Source of the DNA: Monocercomonoides exilis PA203
Taxonomy: Eukaryota > Protista > Preaxostyla
Reading direction: 5' to 3'
Assembly (NCBI GenBank): GCA_001643675.2
Contig: LSRY02000015.1
Span: 1,612,001 to 1,676,000, forward strand
DNA length: 64,000 bases
Each line of letters begins with the position of its first letter. Within the stretch, counting starts at the first letter, position 1. Shown piece after piece: positions 57,347 to 64,000 of this stretch. Under the pieces are notes generated by a model, which searched no databases, was not told the DNA's origin, and was given only the letters and a program-made list of their open reading frames with translations. Both the position numbers and the translations under genes were made by a program.

Positions 57347-60300
57347 ATGATTCTCTATATTTTGGCTACATGCTTGCGTTTGACATTTTGTTGCACAGAT
57401 GGAAATAATACCCAAAGGAATGGATATCTCAATTACCACATTTCTACTCTGTCAAAAAGTCAAATTTTGGAGAAAAGGAGTGTTGTTCAAATGTTTTGTG
57501 AAATACATAACTCATCAGTAGAATTCAAGGAAATAATGTTGGAAAAGGCAGGTGATGATGTGACATTTGATATTGGAGCTAAATCATTCCTGCACATTGA
57601 TGACTGCATGTTGATGAAAAAAAGAGGTTCCATTGAATATTTCGTCTTCAATGAAGGAACATGCGAAATGATAAACATCACTTTGAACACAGAAAAAAGA
57701 GACAATAATTGTGAGTTCATAACAAGACTTGTTAAGATGGAAGGAGAAGATGCATCGTTGCTTGTGAGAAACAGTGAGTGGAAGAACGTTGCGTTTTGTG
57801 GGAGTGGAAGCATTTTGAGAAATGGAGAAGGGTCATTTGAAGGAATCAAAAACTGTGCTTTTTCAAACATCACACTGAAATTCAAGGAAACAGATGAAAT
57901 GTTAATTGAGAAAGTGTCAATGATGAAAACGAGTTCAATGGAAGATTGTAGAATTGAAAGATCGATGAATGTTTTGGAGCAAGGGATTGTGAGTGGAACA
58001 AAAGGATCTGTTTTCTTTTTCTGCAACAATTGCACATTCCTCCACAATGAAAGGGTGGATAGGAGAGTGGGAAATACAGAAAGAAATTCAACAACTCAAA
58101 CACAGATATATAAGAATGCTGAATGGAAAGAATGCTCTGCTCCGTGTGGTGGAGCACTGTATGTTCATGATAATTCGAGTGCAACATTAACAGTTGAAAA
58201 TTCATCATTTGTGAAATGCAATGCAACAAAAACAAGAGGTGGAGGAATATTTGCTTTGAAAATTGCTGAATGCACAATGAAGCATTCAACATTCATTGAA
58301 TGTTTCAGCTTTTCAGAAAGTCCTGGATATGGAGGAGCAGGAGCAGATCTTTCCGGAATAAGTGAACAAGTTTTTTGCTCGAATTGTTTGTTCAAAGATG
58401 GGTGGTCAGGAGATGATGCAGGAGGGTTAGGTATTTGGGAATCAAAAACAGCAAAAATCAAAGATTGTGTTTTGGATTGCTCTTTTATTAATTGCAGCGG
58501 AAATAGTGAAACAAATTCAAACGGGGGAGGATTCATTCATTGGGATGCAATTGATTACGTCATAACAAGAAATTGTCAATTTAAAAATTGCAACTCCGAT
58601 TTTCGTGGAGGGGCTGTAAGTATTCGAACAAATGGTTTTTGTGAAAGCCTTTTATGGTTTTGCTTTTTTCATAACAACACGGCACCTCGTGGCAATGATA
58701 TTTATGTTCATGACAATAATCAGAGTCCCCAAACTGTCTTCTGTTATTCGACACGAACAGAAGGAGTGAGATATTACGCAGGTGGAGATAAAAGTTATTG
58801 GCTTTCAAATAATGGGGGGAAATACAGATTTGTTGCTTCAACTCAGACACAGCCAAATGCAAAAGACACATTCAGCTGTGGATTGAATGAAAGCTGTGCA
58901 TGCCTCACTATCAGTCATTGTCTGACTCAAATGATTTCTGGATTTGTGGAGGAAATAAAGGTGTTGAGTGGAACAGTTGTGGAAGGAAAAGGAATTGATA
59001 TTGGGGAGAAAACAATCTCTGTGAATGGAGTTTCTCCAGCTGGCTCATTTATTGAAACCAAATTTGAGAGAAATGGAATGAGTCTGTTTTGTGTTGGAAC
59101 AGGAGAGTTGGCTGTGAGCGATCTGTCTGTGGTTCACAACTCGTCATTTGAAAATAACCGAGGAAGCAGATTGTTTGAGGTTCAAGGGACTGGAGGGATC
59201 AATTTGGAGAGATTGAACATATCGATGGATTCTGCTCATTCAGAAGAGAGGAGCATCCAGAACTCGCTTGTGAAGATGGATGGGGGAGAGTTGAAGATGA
59301 AAGATGTGAGATGGGGACAAACATTCAGCACCACAAGTGATATCTCTGCCTCAGGAGGCAACTGTTTCATTGTCTCTGGACAACTGCACTTTCAACAGAA
59401 TTGTGAGGACAACAGCAGGATCATCGCTGATGAATGTGGGTGAAGTGTCATATTCAATAACTCTTTATGGATGCACACTTGATGGCTGTGGGAGTGAAGC
59501 CTCTGAGTTTGGAGGAGGGATGATGGTTGAAGTGGGGAATGTTGGTTCATTGAATGTGAGTGGAGGCGTTGTGAGAAACTGTTATGCCTCAACCATCCAA
59601 GGGAGAGGAGGAGGGATTGGGCTGAAAGTGAGAAATACAAATGCAGAGTTTCTTGTTTCATCAGCATTTGAAGGGAACAGAGCCAAATGGGGAAGTGACA
59701 TTTTTGTTGACTCAGTCGATCTGGAAACAACAGCAAAAGGTGGGAAAATCGCTTCATTGACAGCTTCGTTTGATACAAAGAGCACGATACAAGGATATGA
59801 TAATGGAAATGATTCAATTCCAATTCCACTTTGTGTTTATTTGATTCCTTTGCCAGAAGAGATCATTGTGAGCAATGTTGATGCATTTGATCATTCTCGT
59901 TGTGGGTTTGCCGAGTTTCCCTGTCTGACTCTGAAGCATTCTCTGACAAGGCAAATTAGTGAAAAGAAGATTGTTGTCGATGGGATGATTGAACTGAAAA
60001 ATGAGCTAATATTCAACTCCTTCCAACACACAATCAGGGGGAAAGATGAAAACAGTGGATGGGAGATGAGCGATGATCCGAATGGAAGTGACGGAAGCAT
60101 GATAACGGTCAGTGCAAATACGAATATGAGTTCACTTGTTTTCTCTGTTCCATCTGCTCTTCCAAACCACGAAGCATTCTTCTGTTCCACCTCACAGTTA
60201 TTTTCGCTTGATGGCTGCTCGCTGACATTTCAAGATCCCCAATCAGCATTGTCTTATGTGTTTTTATCAGCAACAGCAGGTGAGGTTTCAGTTTCATTGT

Positions 60301-63300
60301 TGAATGTATTGTCTCTGGTTATTGGGAATTGTCCGTTGATTTCTCTCGATGGAATCAATGCTGCTGGTTCATTCACTTCTTTGAGTGCCGAGGATATGAG
60401 CTCGACAGGAAATAGTGTTTTGTTTGGGGCGGTGAATGGAGCATCTTTGACGGGTGAAGATTCAACACTTTCAGTGAAAGCATCTTCACAAACAGATTTG
60501 CCATCAGGATCAATTCGAGCAATTTCCACAAATTCAGCCAAGATGCTGAAGCTCACAAACAACACGATGAGTGGATTCAAAGGAGATGGAGGAGATGGAG
60601 GAGCAATGGAATGCACACTTGGGAGAGATTGCTCACTGGAAATAGTTGGAGGGACGATGTCTGGGTGTGAGAGCAATGGAGGAAATGGAGGAGGATTGTG
60701 GGTTGAGATGGAAGAAGGATCATCATTCACCGTGGGAAATATGACAGATGCTGACTCAGCAAGGGCAATATTTCCGAATGATGAAAGTGATTTATTTGAA
60801 CTTGCGAGCTGCAAGGCAACACAAAACACAGGTGGAGAGCACGGACATGGAGGAGGGATTTATCTTCATCTGGATGATGGGGCAAGTTCATTCATTTTGA
60901 GAGATGTTTCATTTTCTGGGTGTGATGCGAGAGAGGGGAAAGAAATGTTCATTAATGCACATGAACTCACAAGTGTGATTAGCAGAAGGTCGATGGGATT
61001 TGAAGTTGATTTGAATAACTTTACGAAATTGAATGGATTCGAGAGATCAACATTGAATGATGCATTTGCCATCCCGCTGGTGGTGTATCTGTGGGATAAC
61101 TTTTCAGGATCTGCCTTTGTTGGAGGAGGAATGTCAAGTCATGATTTTTCGATGTGTGGATATGAGTCATTACCATGCTCCACAATCGCGAAGGCAGCAT
61201 CAGTCCATTTTGAAGGGAAGAAAAAAGACATAACCATTTTTGAATCATTTGCCTTTGAGGATGAATTGAGCTTGAGGACAGATGAATGGAACGTCAAAGC
61301 AAAACAGAATGAAATGAAATGCGGTGTTGCCGATCTGACAGAGGGAACGCAAAGCGGATTGATTGAGAACTCAGTTTCTGTGTCAATGACCAGCATTGTA
61401 TTTTCTTTGATTCAATCGCTTTCATCTCATGAATGTGTGTTTGAATGCCATTCTGAGAAACTCACACTGAACAAATGTGGGATGGAAGGAGGAGCTGAGG
61501 CTCTTTCAACAGTGTTTGTGAGTGTTGTTGGAGGGGCTGTGGAAGTGATTGAGTTTTCAACAGTGAATATGAAAAAGGAGATTCTTCGTTTTTCATTGTT
61601 GAGGGAAGTATTAATTCAAGGCCTTCAATGAACATGACAAACAGCGATTTTGGAGAAATCACATTTGGCAATGGATGTGTTGTTGAGTGCCACAATGGAA
61701 ATATCGAGAAGATAACAGGATGCACATTTTCATCGATTACTCGTTCGAAGGGAAGTGGAGGGTGCATCAGCATTACGAACGATTGTTATGATGGAAGCGA
61801 TTACAAAGCAGAAATAAATGATTGCACATTCGAAGGGTGTGCTGTTGAAGAAGAAGGAAATGAGATTGGAGGAGGTGCACTCTTTTATGAGGCATCTGCA
61901 AATACGAATCTGTTGATGAACAAGTGCAAGGTTTATTGTTGCACAGCTCCATTTGAAGGGGAAGAAGTTGGACATGGAGGAGGAATAATGTTGAACTTGT
62001 TGAGTGAAATGGGTGAGACAGATTTTGTGATATCCTCTCCAACTTTTTCTTCTGACAAACCAAACAATGCAAAATATGGAAAAGATTTGTTTGTTTCATC
62101 TCCATCGCTTATCAGCAGCATCAAGAACGAAACCCTGCCATTTGTGAAAGATAGACTGGAGATGCTGACCGAAGACTCGATGAGAGGGTATGATGGAGGA
62201 AACAGAGAGTGTGCAATCCCACTGATCTATTTCTGGAAAGAGGTTGGGTCGAGTGTGCATGTTGCGCGGGAAGGAAACAATGTGGTTGTGTGTGGGCTGT
62301 TGGAGTATCCGTGTGGGTCTGTTGATTATGGGCTGAAGAGAGGGAGTAGTTTGGGGATTGAGTCGATTGCCATTCAGGGGACTTGTGATGTGAGGAGCGA
62401 AATGAGTGTGAGCGGGATGAGGCTGGAAGGAACAAATGGCGAAACAGACAAAATTCAATTTGTGAAAATAATTGAAGGAGACAAGGATGCTGTTGTTGAA
62501 TGCAAAGGGGTTGTTCAATTCAAAGAAGTGGGGATTCTGATCCCTAGTGCCTTCGATAACGAGGCAAACATCCTCATGCAGACAGGCTCAGATGCAATCA
62601 ATACGAGTATTGCAGGATGTTCAATTCACATGAGTGACAATGCTGAAGGTGAATTGACATTTGTATTGATAAGTGCTTCAAAAGGAATTGTTTCAATCGA
62701 AAAGACAAACATAGCTGGATTCTCAACGATGCATGAGATAATGAGTATATCAGTTAGAAGTGTGATAACTATGAGCGATGTTTCCTTTGAAGAAATATCG
62801 TTGAGTGGGGAAAGTGCAATTGTGATGAATGATAATGAGATTCCAGAAAATGGAAATAATAATGCAGAAGTTGAAGAGTGGAATGTTCTGTTTGAGCAAT
62901 GCTCGTTTGTGAATGTGACGCACAGTGAGTCAAGCGACCCTTCATTTCTTTTCTGTGATATGCAGAATGAAGTGAAATTGAAAATGGAGAATTCGACAAT
63001 TGATAAATGTGGATCGGCAAGCTCGAATGAAGGAGGAGGGATGTTTTTCCTTCTCAATGAGAGGGGGAGACTGGAAATGAATCACACAAATGTGACAGAC
63101 TGCTTCTGTTCGAACAACGGGAGAGGAGGAGGATTGTTTTTGAAAACACAGAGTGCCACACAGAAGGCATTGCCATTTGTGCTGTCGAACATCACATTCA
63201 AGGGGAATGTTGCATTGAAAGGGAGAGATGTGTTTGTGAAGTGCACAGATCTTGACTCGCAGATAAGTGAATCACAGTTCCTGATAAACTTTGGGGAGCC

Positions 63301-64000
63301 ATTTGTGAAGGAGCTGGCGATATGGGGATGCACAGCAGACAATTATGAGGATGAAGAGGATCTGTTGGGAAGAGTGTATGTGTTCAGGAGCGAATTCATA
63401 TTTGTGTCATCGATTGTGGGGAACAGCAGCGACAGCAAGAATTGTGGGGAAATGAAGAGCGCATGCTCATCGCTGAATGTTGGGGTGAGCCACATCATTC
63501 CATCGGATTATTCGCAGCTGCTGATATGGAATGAGACAACACTAACTGGCTCATGCTCAGCTCAGAAGGTGACAATCAAGTCGATGGAGGCAAGCAGGAA
63601 TGGGGAGATAAAAGTGAATGAGATGAACTTGGCTGGGGAAGGGGCTGTGACGACATCAGAGTCTGTTCGAATTGAGAGAGTTTCATTTGTTTTTGGTGGA
63701 ATGCAGAATGTTGTCTGCTCATGCTTAATACACCAATTGAATGGATCTCTTATTCTCGAATCTGTTTCATTCCTATCGGAGAGCGGATCAATGGAGAAAT
63801 CGCGGACCCTTTTTGATTTTTCTCTACTGGTTGTTGAAAATGGGATATTTGAGGCAGATCGATGTGGTGTTGGATATTTGAAATTCTCGAAACCAATGTT
63901 CCAGATATTGAGCTCAGAAAGAGCAACATTTGAAGATCTGACTGTTTGCAATGTCCAATGCACAAGCTCAGTGATTGAATGTGGAAAGAGTAAGAAAGTG
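57347..64000 (+). CDS. Giant receptor-like protein, copy 3 (3'-truncated by window); frameshifts at ~59338 (-2) and ~61572 (-1)
   Basis: Signal-like MILYILATCLRLTFCC. ORFs 57341-59443, 59337-61631 and an open frame to the window end are collinear with copies 1 and 2. agtgata vs agtgtgatc (2-bp loss); A5 vs A6 in atgaaaaaaggag. Confidence 0.87.

Overview
AT-rich eukaryotic DNA using the standard genetic code, with short GT-AG introns. The gene families look like those of an oxymonad metamonad such as Monocercomonoides; this is recognition, not a database result. The window is dominated by three copies of a giant (~2,800-3,050 aa) single-pass receptor-like gene: a Cys-rich parallel beta-helix (Pmp/pectin-lyase-like) ectodomain, one TM helix and a truncated pseudokinase tail. 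The copies lie at <1-8295 (+), 53690-44537 (-) and 57347->64000 (+). They are mosaics: a deeply diverged ~175-aa N-terminal block is joined at a sharp boundary to a homogenised stalk, and copies 2 and 3 form a head-to-head palindrome with >=4.5-kb near-identical arms. This candidate recombination-diversified receptor repertoire is the main finding. Between the copies are a degenerate Merlin/IS1595-type transposase, a two-exon coiled-coil gene, a 2,894-aa ZnF-UBP/USP22(Ubp8)-like deubiquitinase lacking its whole catalytic triad, a multi-exon gene ending in a histone H3K27-like motif and a perfect 473-bp inverted repeat. There are also two different DIRS-type tyrosine-recombinase retrotransposons (one with ITRs, a full internal complementary region and an intact YR ORF) and a lineage-specific pseudogene carrying a nested Tc1/mariner-like MITE. 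No rRNA, tRNA or CRISPR array was seen.
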